Assembly: GCA_045805505.1 (NCBI GenBank)
Contig: JBJMLA010000153.1
Location: 13,134 to 77,133, forward strand
Source of the DNA: Solirubrobacteraceae bacterium
GTDB lineage: Bacteria; Actinomycetota; Thermoleophilia; Solirubrobacterales; Solirubrobacteraceae
Direction: 5' to 3'
DNA length: 64,000 nt
Position numbers and translations under genes: made by a program. The notes below the pieces were generated by a model, which did no database searches, was not told the DNA's origin, and worked only from the letters and a program-made list of their open reading frames with translations. Each line of letters starts with the position of its first letter. Positions within the stretch are counted from its first letter, which is position 1. This document shows, one piece after another, positions 37,492 through 45,735 of the stretch.

Positions 37492-38609
37492 ACCAGCAGC
37501 GCGGCCAGGAGTTCGGCCGGCCGCTCGTCGATCGGGCGGCCGAGCAGCGCCTCGGCGGACTTCACGCGCTTGGCCACCGTGTTCTCGTGGACGCCGAGCA
37601 GCGCGGCGGCGCGCCGCGGCGAGCCCTGCGTGCGCAGCACCGCGAGGACCGTCTCGGCGATGCGGCCGTCGTCGGCGGCGAGGCCGCGCAGCTCGCGCGC
37701 CGCGAACGCCCGCGCCTGCGGGAGATCGGCGGTCAGCAGGGCGGTCAGCGCGATCTCCTCGTAGGCCGTCGGCCCGTCGAGCCTCGCCAGACGAGCCACC
37801 CGCTCGGCTTCGGTCGCCTCGCGGTGGGTGGCGCGGAAGCCGTCGATCCCCGAGGCGCGGGTTCCGTGCGCGACGCGGGTTCCCGGCTCGGCGGCCGCGA
37901 GGTCGAGCGCGTCGGGATGACACCAGCCCGCCGTGACTCCCTCGCGCAGCGGGATCAGCAGCGCGGACGCGCCGCCGATCGCGGGGGCGGCGGGCTCGTC
38001 GGCGGTGGTCCAGACCACGAAGCCGACGTGCTCGCGGCGCAGGTCGTAGCCGAGCCGCGCGGAGGCCGCGGCGACGTCGACCGGGTCGCCGTCGAGCACG
38101 CTCTGGACGGTCTCGCGGCGCACCGCGTCGGCGCTGCGCACCCAGCGGTCGCGCTCGGCGGTGAAGCGCTCCAGGACGCTGCTCATCATCACCTCACCGG
38201 TCGCGAAGGTCGCGTCGCTGAGCGCCTCCACGGCGCCGGCGACCGCGTCCGGGTCGGCGATGCGGCGGCGGATGCCCGCGACCGCGATGCGCCACAGCTC
38301 GTGCTGCGCGACGCGATAGCTGCGGGCCAGCTCGGACATCGGGATGTTGCGGCGGGCCAGCTCGCGCGCGAACGCCACGCTCTGCGCGGGTGGCACGGCG
38401 TCCTGCAACGCGACGGCGCCCGTCGTGATGTCGCCGAGCAGCAGGAGGTTGGCCACGGCGCTCGAGCGCGCCAGCTCGCGCAGATCGGCGTCGTCGCGCA
38501 GCAGCGGCATCCCGCGCTCGAGCGCGGCGATCGTCAGGTCGGCCAGCCGCCCGGCCCCGGGACCGCTGAGCTCGGCGGCGAGCACGTCCTGCCACGTCGC
38601 TTCCGCCAT
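37458..38609 (-). CDS. PucR-family transcriptional regulator
   Basis: C-terminal HTH AAALLGVHENTVAKRVKSAEALLGRPI preceded by a long sensor region. Divergent from the GH31 gene. Confidence 0.8.
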   Translation of the reverse strand: MAEATWQDVLAAELSGPGAGRLADLTIAALERGMPLLRDDADLRELARSSAVANLLLLGDITTGAVALQDAVPPAQSVAFARELARRNIPMSELARSYRVAQHELWRIAVAGIRRRIADPDAVAGAVEALSDATFATGEVMMSSVLERFTAERDRWVRSADAVRRETVQSVLDGDPVDVAAASARLGYDLRREHVGFVVWTTADEPAAPAIGGASALLIPLREGVTAGWCHPDALDLAAAEPGTRVAHGTRASGIDGFRATHREATEAERVARLARLDGPTAYEEIALTALLTADLPQARAFAARELRGLAADDGRIAETVLAVLRTQGSPRRAAALLGVHENTVAKRVKSAEALLGRPIDERPAELLAALLVQRALPGEQVR

Positions 38610-38630
38610 GCCGGGAGCTTACGGTCCACA

Positions 38631-40820
38631 ATGCCGGAGATGCGCGCGCTGCCCCTCGCTCTGCTCGCCCTCGCCGCGGGCCCACCGCCGGCCACCGCAG
38701 CGGTCCAGATCGGCGACGAGGCGATCGTGGTGACCACGCCGGCGGGAACGCGGGCCACGATCACCCGGACGCCGCTGGCCATCGCCTTCCAGGACGCCCG
38801 CGGCCGCAGCGTGCTCGCCTCGCAGCCCGGCAGCGGGAGCGCTCTCGTCCCGCCGATCCCGCAGCAGCAGTTCGGCGCGCAGACCGCGCCGCCGCCGGCG
38901 CTCTACGCGCCGCTCTCGTTCCTCGTCGGCAGCCAGTCCTTCGCCGTATTCGGGGCGCAGCAGTGGCAGGGCGACCTGCAATCGGTCACGCAGCAGGGCA
39001 TCAAGTACGCGGCGACCGGCGTGGTGAGCGCAGAGGCGCGCGGCGACGGCGCCGAGGTCGTGCTGGCCACGAGCGACCCGAGCGGCCGGACGCTGACCCT
39101 GACCGTCGCGCCGCATGGCCGCGCCGGCCTGCGGATCCATGCCGGCGGCGACGGGATCGCCACGATGGCGGCGTCGTTCGCCACGCCGCCCGGCGAGGCG
39201 TTTCGCGGGTTCGGCGGGCGCCACAACAGCCTCGACCAGCGGGGCGGCGAGTTCTACGACTGGCTGGCGCAGGAGAACCTCAGCTCCGGCAGCGCGGGCG
39301 GCCTGACCGCGCAGACCAACGGCGAGACCTACACGTTCCCCAACGGCGAGCACGCGGCCTACTACGTCCAGTCCGCGTTCGTCTCGCCCGGCCGCTACGG
39401 GTTCGTCTATGACCGCAGCGAGCCGGCCCACTGGCGGCTGGCCTCCGACCGCGCCGATGCGTGGCAGGTCGAGACGGCCGGACCGGCGCTCGACTACACC
39501 GTCATCCCCGCGGGCGCGAAGGCCGCCGTCCGGGCGGTCAGCGCGATCACCGGCCGGCATCCCGTGCCGCCGCGCTGGGCGTTCGGGACGATCCTCGACC
39601 GCCTCGTGAAGTTCCCCAGCGACCCGGCGGCCGACCACCTGGCCAACGTCGAGTCCGACCTCGCCGACCTGCACGGGGTCAGGCTGTCGGGGTACCGCAT
39701 CGAGGGCTGGCAGTTCCTGGACCGCACGCGCCTGAAGGCGCTGATCGCCCAGCTGCGCGGGCGCGGCATCCACCCGATGCTCTACTTCCGGCTCTTCGTC
39801 GGCAAGGACACGATCGGCACCGACGATCCGCGCGCCTACGACGAGGCGCTGGCCAAGGGCTACGTCGCCACGCACGCCGACGGCTCGCCCTACACCTACA
39901 TCTCGAACTTCAACGCCGACGGCGCGGTGATCGACTTCACCAACCCGGCCGCGGTCGCGTGGTGGAAGGGGCGCATCCGCGAGGCGATCGACCTGGGCGC
40001 CGACGGCTTCATGCAGGACTTCGGCGAGCAGGTCATGGCGGACATGCACTTCCACGACGGCTCCACCGGCGTGACGATGCACAATCGGCTGGCGGGCCTC
40101 GCGCACCGGGCGACGCGCGAGGTCATCGCCGAGTACCCGGGGCGGCAGATCTGGTTCTACACGCGCGCGGGGCACAACGGCGCGGCGCGGTACGAGGGCG
40201 CCAACTTCCCCGGCGACGAGACGACGGACTGGTCGCGCTCGACCGGGCTGGCGTCGCTGACCACCGACATGCTCAACCGCGCGATCGGTGGCGCGTTCGG
40301 CTTCACCACCGACATCGGAGGCTTCTTCGACGTGGGCCCGTACCAGCCGACGAGCGAAGAGCTGTTCGTCCGCTGGACCGAGTGGGCGGCGCTCTCGCCG
40401 TTCTTCCGCGTCCACGGCTCGGTCGGCGCGGGGACGCACACGCCGTGGTCCTACGGCGCCGCCACGCTGCGGACGTTCAAGCGCTACGCCGCGCTGCACC
40501 GGCGCGCCGTGCCGCTGATCCGGCGGCTGTGGGCGCGCGGGCGCCGCACGGGCATCCCGCCGACGCGGCCGCTGTGGCTGGCCGCCCCCGGCGATGCCCG
40601 CGCCGCCGCGCAGGACCAGGAGTGGATGCTCGGCGACGACGTCCTCGTCGCGCCCGTGGTGACGGAGGGCGCGGGCGCACGCGAGGTCTACCTGCCCGGC
40701 GGGTGCTGGCGGCGCGCGGGCACGGGCCCGCGACTGCAGGGGCGCCGGGCGGTCACGGCGAAAGCCACGCTCGAGCAGCTGCCGTGGTTCGTGCGTTGTG
40801 GCACGCGACCGTTCGGGTAA
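38631..40820 (+). CDS. Secreted glycoside hydrolase family 31 (alpha-glucosidase/xylosidase-like)
   Basis: Only the last about 730 codons of giant track ORF 34002..40820 are protein-like. Signal peptide, then PPRWAFG, the nucleophile region GADGFMQDFGE, and WSYG...PLWLAAP are typical of GH31. Confidence 0.85.
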   Translation: MPEMRALPLALLALAAGPPPATAAVQIGDEAIVVTTPAGTRATITRTPLAIAFQDARGRSVLASQPGSGSALVPPIPQQQFGAQTAPPPALYAPLSFLVGSQSFAVFGAQQWQGDLQSVTQQGIKYAATGVVSAEARGDGAEVVLATSDPSGRTLTLTVAPHGRAGLRIHAGGDGIATMAASFATPPGEAFRGFGGRHNSLDQRGGEFYDWLAQENLSSGSAGGLTAQTNGETYTFPNGEHAAYYVQSAFVSPGRYGFVYDRSEPAHWRLASDRADAWQVETAGPALDYTVIPAGAKAAVRAVSAITGRHPVPPRWAFGTILDRLVKFPSDPAADHLANVESDLADLHGVRLSGYRIEGWQFLDRTRLKALIAQLRGRGIHPMLYFRLFVGKDTIGTDDPRAYDEALAKGYVATHADGSPYTYISNFNADGAVIDFTNPAAVAWWKGRIREAIDLGADGFMQDFGEQVMADMHFHDGSTGVTMHNRLAGLAHRATREVIAEYPGRQIWFYTRAGHNGAARYEGANFPGDETTDWSRSTGLASLTTDMLNRAIGGAFGFTTDIGGFFDVGPYQPTSEELFVRWTEWAALSPFFRVHGSVGAGTHTPWSYGAATLRTFKRYAALHRRAVPLIRRLWARGRRTGIPPTRPLWLAAPGDARAAAQDQEWMLGDDVLVAPVVTEGAGAREVYLPGGCWRRAGTGPRLQGRRAVTAKATLEQLPWFVRCGTRPFG

Positions 40821-40836
40821 CCCGGCTGCCGAGGTC

Positions 40837-41235
40837 ATGGCCACGGACCGGATCGATCTGCGTCTCCCCGCACAACCAGACTCGATCCCGCGGATCCGCC
40901 GGGCCGTCGTCGCGTTCGCTGTCGATCACGGCTACGACGACCCGCACGCGGTGGGCCTGGCCGTCACCGAGGCGGCGACCAACGCGGTCCTGCACGCCTA
41001 CGTCGGCGGCGCCGCGGGCGACGTGCGCGCGGTCGCGTGCGCGGAGGAGGATGCGCTCGTCGTGATCGTCCGCGACTGGGGCGGCGGAATGGGCCCGCGG
41101 CTCGACACGCCCGGGCTCGGGCTGGGCCTGCCGACGATCGCCACGCTGGCCTCGTCGTTCGACGTCGAGGCGGCCGACGGCACCGGGACCCTGCTGCGCA
41201 TGCATTTCTCCCGGATTCCGACCCCGGCTGCCTAG
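40837..41235 (+). CDS. RsbW/SpoIIAB-like anti-sigma serine kinase (HATPase_c_2 domain) without a partner STAS or sigma gene nearby
   Basis: N-box AVTEAATNAVLHAY and G1 box RDWGGGM. GAGG RBS precedes ATG 40837. Confidence 0.7.
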   Translation: MATDRIDLRLPAQPDSIPRIRRAVVAFAVDHGYDDPHAVGLAVTEAATNAVLHAYVGGAAGDVRAVACAEEDALVVIVRDWGGGMGPRLDTPGLGLGLPTIATLASSFDVEAADGTGTLLRMHFSRIPTPAA

Positions 41236-41236
41236 C

Positions 41237-42820
41237 ATGGCGCGGATGCTCCGCGTTCGCTGCCTTCCGCTCGCCGCTGCCCTGCTCGCCTGTGCCGCTC
41301 CGGCCGCCGCAGAGACGGGTCCCAAGCCGACCGCCGGCGTGACCCGCACGGTCCTGCTGGCCGGCAACAACTGGGACGGCACGACCGACGTCATCGACCC
41401 CTACACGCTCGAGCGCCTCGACCGCATCAACGTGATCCCCGACAAGGAGGCGCGCGAGGCCGAGATCATGCTCGACCCGGTCAAGACCGCGTACTTCCAG
41501 CTCATCCGCCAGCAGGTCGGCGAGGGCCACGACCAGTACAACGACGACGTCTTCAGCTCCCATGACGGCCGCACCATCTACGTGTCGCGCCCGAGCTTCG
41601 CGGATGTCGTCTCGATCGACCTGGCCACCAAGGCCATCGTCTGGCGCACGCCCGTCGGCGGCTATCGCGCCGACCACATGGCGATCTCGCCCGACGGGAC
41701 CAAGCTGCTCGTCTCGGCCTCGACCGCGAACGTCGTCGATCAGATCGACACCGCGACCGGGAAGATCACCGGGTCGTGGGCATCGGGCGACTCGCCGCAC
41801 GAGAGCAACTACATCAACGGCGGCAAGACGATCCTGCACGCGAGCATCGGGCGCGTCTACCTGCCCAACGACTCGCCCGAGGAGGACGCGACGCTGAAGG
41901 GCAAGCGCGTCTTCCAGGTCGTCGACGCCGACACGCTCGAGGTCAAGAAGACGCTCGACATGGGGGCCAAGCTCGCGGAGGCCGGGTTCCCCGACATGAG
42001 CTCGGCGGTGCGCCCGATGGCCATCGCGCCCGACGAGCGCCACCTGTACTTCCAGGTCTCGTTCTTCCACGGCTTCGTCGAGTACGACCTTCAGACCGAC
42101 AAGGTCCTGCGCATCGCCAAGCTGCCCGTCAGCGAGGAGACGCAGAAGCTCCAGCGCTCGGACTACCTGCTCGACTCGGCCCACCACGGCCTGGCGATCA
42201 ACCCGCAGGGCACGCAGCTGTGCGTCGCCGGCACCATGTCGAACTACGGCGCGATCGTCGACCGCAAGACGTTCGCCTACAAGCGCATCGACGGCATCTC
42301 CAAGCCGTACTGGTCGACCAACAGCTACACGGGCCGCCAGTGCTACATCTCCGGCAGCGGCGACGACGCCGTGTGGGTCGTCTCCTACGCGGCGGGCAAG
42401 AAGCTGGCGAAGATCCCGGTCGGCGATCACCCGCAGCGCCTGCGCAACGGCGTCGCCCGGCTCGACATCTACCCGCGCACCGGCAACGCCGCGAACGAGA
42501 AGTTCGACTTCCGCCTGAAGGCGCCGAAGGTCGCGTTCACCATCGGCAACGCGCGCGAGGCGATCTCCTGCCGCGCGGCGGGCACGACGGACCTGCGGCT
42601 GGCCGACTGCCTGATCCGGATCGTCAAGGGCGCCACCACGCTGGCGGCCGGGGAGCGCATCGTTCGCAACAGCAACGGGTTCGGTGTTGATGTGGACCTG
42701 ACGCCGGCCGGCACCAAGCGCCTCAAGGGGCACCGCATGAAGGCGACGCTCGTCGCGCTGGGCACCGACAGCCTGGGCCGGACCAAGACCGTGCGCCGGA
42801 AGGTCACGCTGGTCGGCTGA
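41237..42820 (+). CDS. Secreted YncE/YVTN-like beta-propeller protein with a basic Ig-like C-terminal module
   Basis: Signal peptide LPLAAALLACAAPAAA. Repeated blades: SHDGRTIYVS, ISPDGTKLLVS, IAPDERHLYFQVS, INPQGTQLCVAG. Confidence 0.75.
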   Translation: MARMLRVRCLPLAAALLACAAPAAAETGPKPTAGVTRTVLLAGNNWDGTTDVIDPYTLERLDRINVIPDKEAREAEIMLDPVKTAYFQLIRQQVGEGHDQYNDDVFSSHDGRTIYVSRPSFADVVSIDLATKAIVWRTPVGGYRADHMAISPDGTKLLVSASTANVVDQIDTATGKITGSWASGDSPHESNYINGGKTILHASIGRVYLPNDSPEEDATLKGKRVFQVVDADTLEVKKTLDMGAKLAEAGFPDMSSAVRPMAIAPDERHLYFQVSFFHGFVEYDLQTDKVLRIAKLPVSEETQKLQRSDYLLDSAHHGLAINPQGTQLCVAGTMSNYGAIVDRKTFAYKRIDGISKPYWSTNSYTGRQCYISGSGDDAVWVVSYAAGKKLAKIPVGDHPQRLRNGVARLDIYPRTGNAANEKFDFRLKAPKVAFTIGNAREAISCRAAGTTDLRLADCLIRIVKGATTLAAGERIVRNSNGFGVDVDLTPAGTKRLKGHRMKATLVALGTDSLGRTKTVRRKVTLVG

Positions 42821-44388
42821 TGATCGCGGCCGCCCAGGCACCCGAGCCGGTCGCGGTCCCCAAGTCGTGTCAGTTCGCGGCGCTGAAGTCCGCGCGCCCG
42901 CAGACCACCGATCCGACGTCGTTCGAGGACGACCCGGCGGTCGTTCTCGCGCCGGGGCGCTATGTCGCGATCGAGGGCGTCAAGGTCGTGATGCGGCGCG
43001 GCAAGAAGGTGATCGCCGCCGCGTCGCTGGACCGGCTCTCGACGTCCGGTGGCGTCGTGCGGATGCTCCCGCCGGGCGGGACCGGCACGCTGAACATCCC
43101 GCAGGGCAACGTGACGATCCGCGTGACCGGCACGCGCGCCGCCGCGTGCCCCGAGCGGGCGGTCGACCACGCCAACGGCTGGTCGTTCTCCGCGCCCAGC
43201 CTGGCCGTGCGCGCGGCCCCGGCGACCACGTTCGTCGAGGACGCGCGCCTGTCGGGCCTGCGGCTCTACCTGCGCAGCGTCGGCGACCGGGTGGTGCGCG
43301 GCGTCCGCGCGACGCTGCTGCGCTCGAACGGCAAGGCGATCGCCACCGGCAAGGTCTCCAGCGCGCTGCAGGACGGCACGATCCTCGACGTCGACGTCCC
43401 CGACTCGCTGGACGCCGGCCGCTACCGGGTGCGCTTCAGCGGCCGCCCCGCGGGCTCGTCGCGCTCGCGGACGTGGACGACCGATCTGGTGCTCGGATCG
43501 CGCGGCGGACCGGGCTCGCCGCCGGTCGACCAGGCCGCCGGCGTCTCCGAGCAGCACGTCAGCGTCGACTGGGACCACAACCGCGCCGGTGGGCGCGACA
43601 CCGCCGGGTTCGTCGCGCCGGGCATCGGCTACGGCGAGATCGTCTGCGGCTTCCAGCAGCAGCATGTGCGCTTCTACCCCAACGACGTCGGCCGCGAGCA
43701 GTCGATGATGCTGTGGACGTACAAGAATTGGCAGGAGAACAGCGAGAAGTCGATCCGCGAGTCGACGCACACGCAGTTCACGGGGCCCAGCTTCCAGGAG
43801 GGACTCAACAAGTTCTCGCCACCCGAGAAGCACATGACCGGCGAGTACGAGGGCCTGATCACCGATCGCGGTGTGCTCGACGAGCCGTTCGCGACGCTGC
43901 TGGCGCCGCCGACCTACATCAAGGTCAGCTGGACCTGGGACTTCAGCGATCCGAGCGACTCGAGCTGCCACGTCGACGCGACGCTCGTGACCGAGAACGG
44001 CTCGACGGGCTCGGACCGGCCGCTGGCCCGCTCGCTGCAGGTCGTCTGGCGCGGCGACCCGAACGCCGCGGGACACGACGTCGTCACCTCGTCGGTGCCG
44101 GGCGTCGGGACCATGACGCTGACCTGCGAGGCCTCGCCCGGCGGCACCCGCACGCTGCGGATCGATCCGGCCGAGCTCGGCGGCGGGGTCACCGTGCGCG
44201 AGGGCGGGGAGGACAAGCTGACCAACTACGCGTCGGGCCCGCTCGTCGTGCCGCTGCCCAACAACGGCCAGCTGTCGATCGGGCTGTTCGGTGGCGCGTC
44301 CGTGCTCGTGTCGAGCCGCTGGAAGGTCAACGACCCCAAGCCCGGCGAGAACTGGTGCCGGACGGGGGCGCAGGTCATCGTCCGGTAG
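42820..44388 (+). CDS. Orphan 522-aa protein, no family recognised and no signal peptide at the coupled start
   Basis: Start overlaps the previous stop by 1 nt (TGATG). Coding-like composition throughout, including a lower-GC Trp/Lys/Glu-containing core (LWTYKNWQENSEKSIRE). Confidence 0.75.
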   Translation: MIAAAQAPEPVAVPKSCQFAALKSARPQTTDPTSFEDDPAVVLAPGRYVAIEGVKVVMRRGKKVIAAASLDRLSTSGGVVRMLPPGGTGTLNIPQGNVTIRVTGTRAAACPERAVDHANGWSFSAPSLAVRAAPATTFVEDARLSGLRLYLRSVGDRVVRGVRATLLRSNGKAIATGKVSSALQDGTILDVDVPDSLDAGRYRVRFSGRPAGSSRSRTWTTDLVLGSRGGPGSPPVDQAAGVSEQHVSVDWDHNRAGGRDTAGFVAPGIGYGEIVCGFQQQHVRFYPNDVGREQSMMLWTYKNWQENSEKSIRESTHTQFTGPSFQEGLNKFSPPEKHMTGEYEGLITDRGVLDEPFATLLAPPTYIKVSWTWDFSDPSDSSCHVDATLVTENGSTGSDRPLARSLQVVWRGDPNAAGHDVVTSSVPGVGTMTLTCEASPGGTRTLRIDPAELGGGVTVREGGEDKLTNYASGPLVVPLPNNGQLSIGLFGGASVLVSSRWKVNDPKPGENWCRTGAQVIVR

Positions 44389-44406
44389 GAGCTCACGCGC
44401 CGTACC

Positions 44407-45093
44407 GTGCCGCAGCGCATGGACCGCCGGCGCATCATCCGCTCCTCGCTCGCCATCGGCGCGGCGACCGGTGCCTACGCGGTGTCCTACGGGGTGCTCG
44501 CGGTGGCCTCCGGTCTCTCGGTGGCCAAGACGTGCGCGCTGTCGCTGCTGGTCTTCACCGGGGCGTCGCAGTTCGCGGTGGTCGGCAGCCTCGGTGCGGG
44601 AGCGAGCCTGGCCGCGGCGCTCGGGCCGGCGCTGCTGCTCGCGGCCCGCAACGGCGTCTACGGGCTGGCGCTCGTTCCCGTCCTGCGCGGAAGCCGCGCG
44701 CGGCGCGCGGTGGAGTCGCAGCTGATCATCGACGAGTCGACGGCGATGGCCCGCGCGCAGGAAGACTCCGCCGCCGCGCACCTCGCCTTCCTCGCGACCG
44801 GCGTGAGCGTGTTCGTCTTCTGGAACGCCGGGACGCTCGCGGGCGCGCTGCTCGGCGGCAGCCTCGGCGACCCGAAGGCGCTCGGCCTCGACGCGATGTT
44901 CCCGGCGGCGTTCCTGGCCCTGCTCGCCCCGCAGGTCCGCTCGCCCGAAGCGCGGCTCGCCGCGATCTGCGGCGGCGCGCTCGCGCTCGCGCTCGTGCCG
45001 TTCGCGCCGGTCGGCGTGCCCGTCCTGGCGTCGGTGCTCGGCGTCGTCCCGGCCGTCCGCGCCCTGCGCCGCGCGAGCCCGGAGCCCGCATGA
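44407..45093 (+). CDS. azlC: AzlC-family branched-chain amino acid exporter subunit
   Basis: LLVFTGASQFAVV and QLIIDES motifs with 5-6 TM segments. Confidence 0.85.
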   Translation: MPQRMDRRRIIRSSLAIGAATGAYAVSYGVLAVASGLSVAKTCALSLLVFTGASQFAVVGSLGAGASLAAALGPALLLAARNGVYGLALVPVLRGSRARRAVESQLIIDESTAMARAQEDSAAAHLAFLATGVSVFVFWNAGTLAGALLGGSLGDPKALGLDAMFPAAFLALLAPQVRSPEARLAAICGGALALALVPFAPVGVPVLASVLGVVPAVRALRRASPEPA

Positions 45094-45392
45094 GCTGGCC
45101 CGCGCTGCTCGCGTTCGCCGCGGCGACGTACGCCATGAAGGCGATCGGCCCGCTGGTCATCGGCGCCCGTCCGCTGCGCCCGCGGCTCGAGCAGGTGCTC
45201 GGCCTCCTCGCCGTCCCGCTGCTCGCCGGCCTCATCCTCGTCCAGACGTTCGACGGCGGCGAGCGGATCGTCGCCGACGCCCGCGTCCCCGCGCTCGCCG
45301 TCGCCGCCCTGCTCGTCTGGCGCCGCGCGCCGTTCCTCGTCGTCGTGCTCGCCGCCGCCGCGACGGCGGCGCTGCTGCGCGCGGTGGCGTGA
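45090..45392 (+). CDS. azlD: AzlD-family small membrane subunit
   Basis: ATGA overlap with azlC. 100-aa hydrophobic protein MSWPALLAFAAATYAMKAIGP. Confidence 0.8.
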   Translation: MSWPALLAFAAATYAMKAIGPLVIGARPLRPRLEQVLGLLAVPLLAGLILVQTFDGGERIVADARVPALAVAALLVWRRAPFLVVVLAAAATAALLRAVA

Positions 45393-45417
45393 CGCGGGCG
45401 CCGGGAGACTCGCACGC

Positions 45418-45452
45418 CTGACGAAACGTCTGGCATACGACGCTTTCGTCAG
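45418..45452. repeat. Hairpin repeat A, copy 1 (CTGACGAAACGTC-TGGCATAC-GACGCTTTCGTCAG)
   Basis: Imperfect 13-bp inverted repeat 26 nt after the azlD stop. An identical 35-nt copy lies at 45640-45674. Confidence 0.85.
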
Positions 45453-45475
45453 CGGGCCACGGCGCGCCGAGCGAC

Positions 45476-45516
45476 CGCGTGACGTTTCGCGGGGTAGTCC
45501 CACGGTACGTCACGCG
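45476..45516. repeat. Hairpin (CGCGTGACGT / ACGTCACGCG, 21-nt loop) present only in the distal repeat unit
   Basis: Perfect 10-bp inverted repeat read directly from the sequence. Confidence 0.8.
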
Positions 45517-45526
45517 GACGAGTGGT

Positions 45527-45580
45527 GCGGCCGACGGTCACGTCCGAAAGCCGCCAGCAACCGGCCGGGCGGTGTGCGAC
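45527..45580. repeat. Direct repeat B, copy 1 (54 nt)
   Basis: GCGGCCGACGGTCACGTCCGAAAGCCGCCAGCAACCGGCCGGGCGGTGTGCGAC. The second copy at 45681-45734 differs at one base. Confidence 0.9.
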
Positions 45581-45591
45581 CCGCCATCTCC

Positions 45592-45630
45592 GGGCTGAGA
45601 AGGCAGCGATAGTCGCTGCCTTCTCAGCCC
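45592..45630. repeat. Perfect 18-bp-arm palindrome (GGGCTGAGAAGGCAGCGA-tag-TCGCTGCCTTCTCAGCCC)
   Basis: Read directly from the sequence. It is the strongest hairpin in the window and sits between the two repeat units. It could be a terminator or a protein-binding site. Confidence 0.9.
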
Positions 45631-45639
45631 GCCGCGCGT

Positions 45640-45674
45640 CTGACGAAACGTCTGGCATACGACGCTTTCGTCAG
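45640..45674. repeat. Hairpin repeat A, copy 2
   Basis: Identical to 45418-45452, 222 bp downstream of copy 1. Confidence 0.85.
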
Positions 45675-45680
45675 CGAGCC

Positions 45681-45734
45681 GCGGCCGACGGTCACGTCCG
45701 AAAACCGCCAGCAACCGGCCGGGCGGTGTGCGAC
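45681..45734. repeat. Direct repeat B, copy 2, ending 1 nt before the ada-alkA start codon
   Basis: 53/54 identity to 45527-45580. Contains AAA-N6-GCAA at 45702-45714. Confidence 0.9.
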
Positions 45735-45735
45735 G

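Noticed and set aside
34002-40820. Giant 2272-aa ORF in the track.
   Set aside because: Only its last 730 codons or so (from ATG 38631) read as a real protein (GH31). The upstream 1540 codons are Arg/Ala/Gly/Pro low-complexity, typical of an open wrong frame in very GC-rich DNA. They overlap four well-supported genes: the MpaB-like gene, a methyltransferase, the LVIVD protein and PucR.
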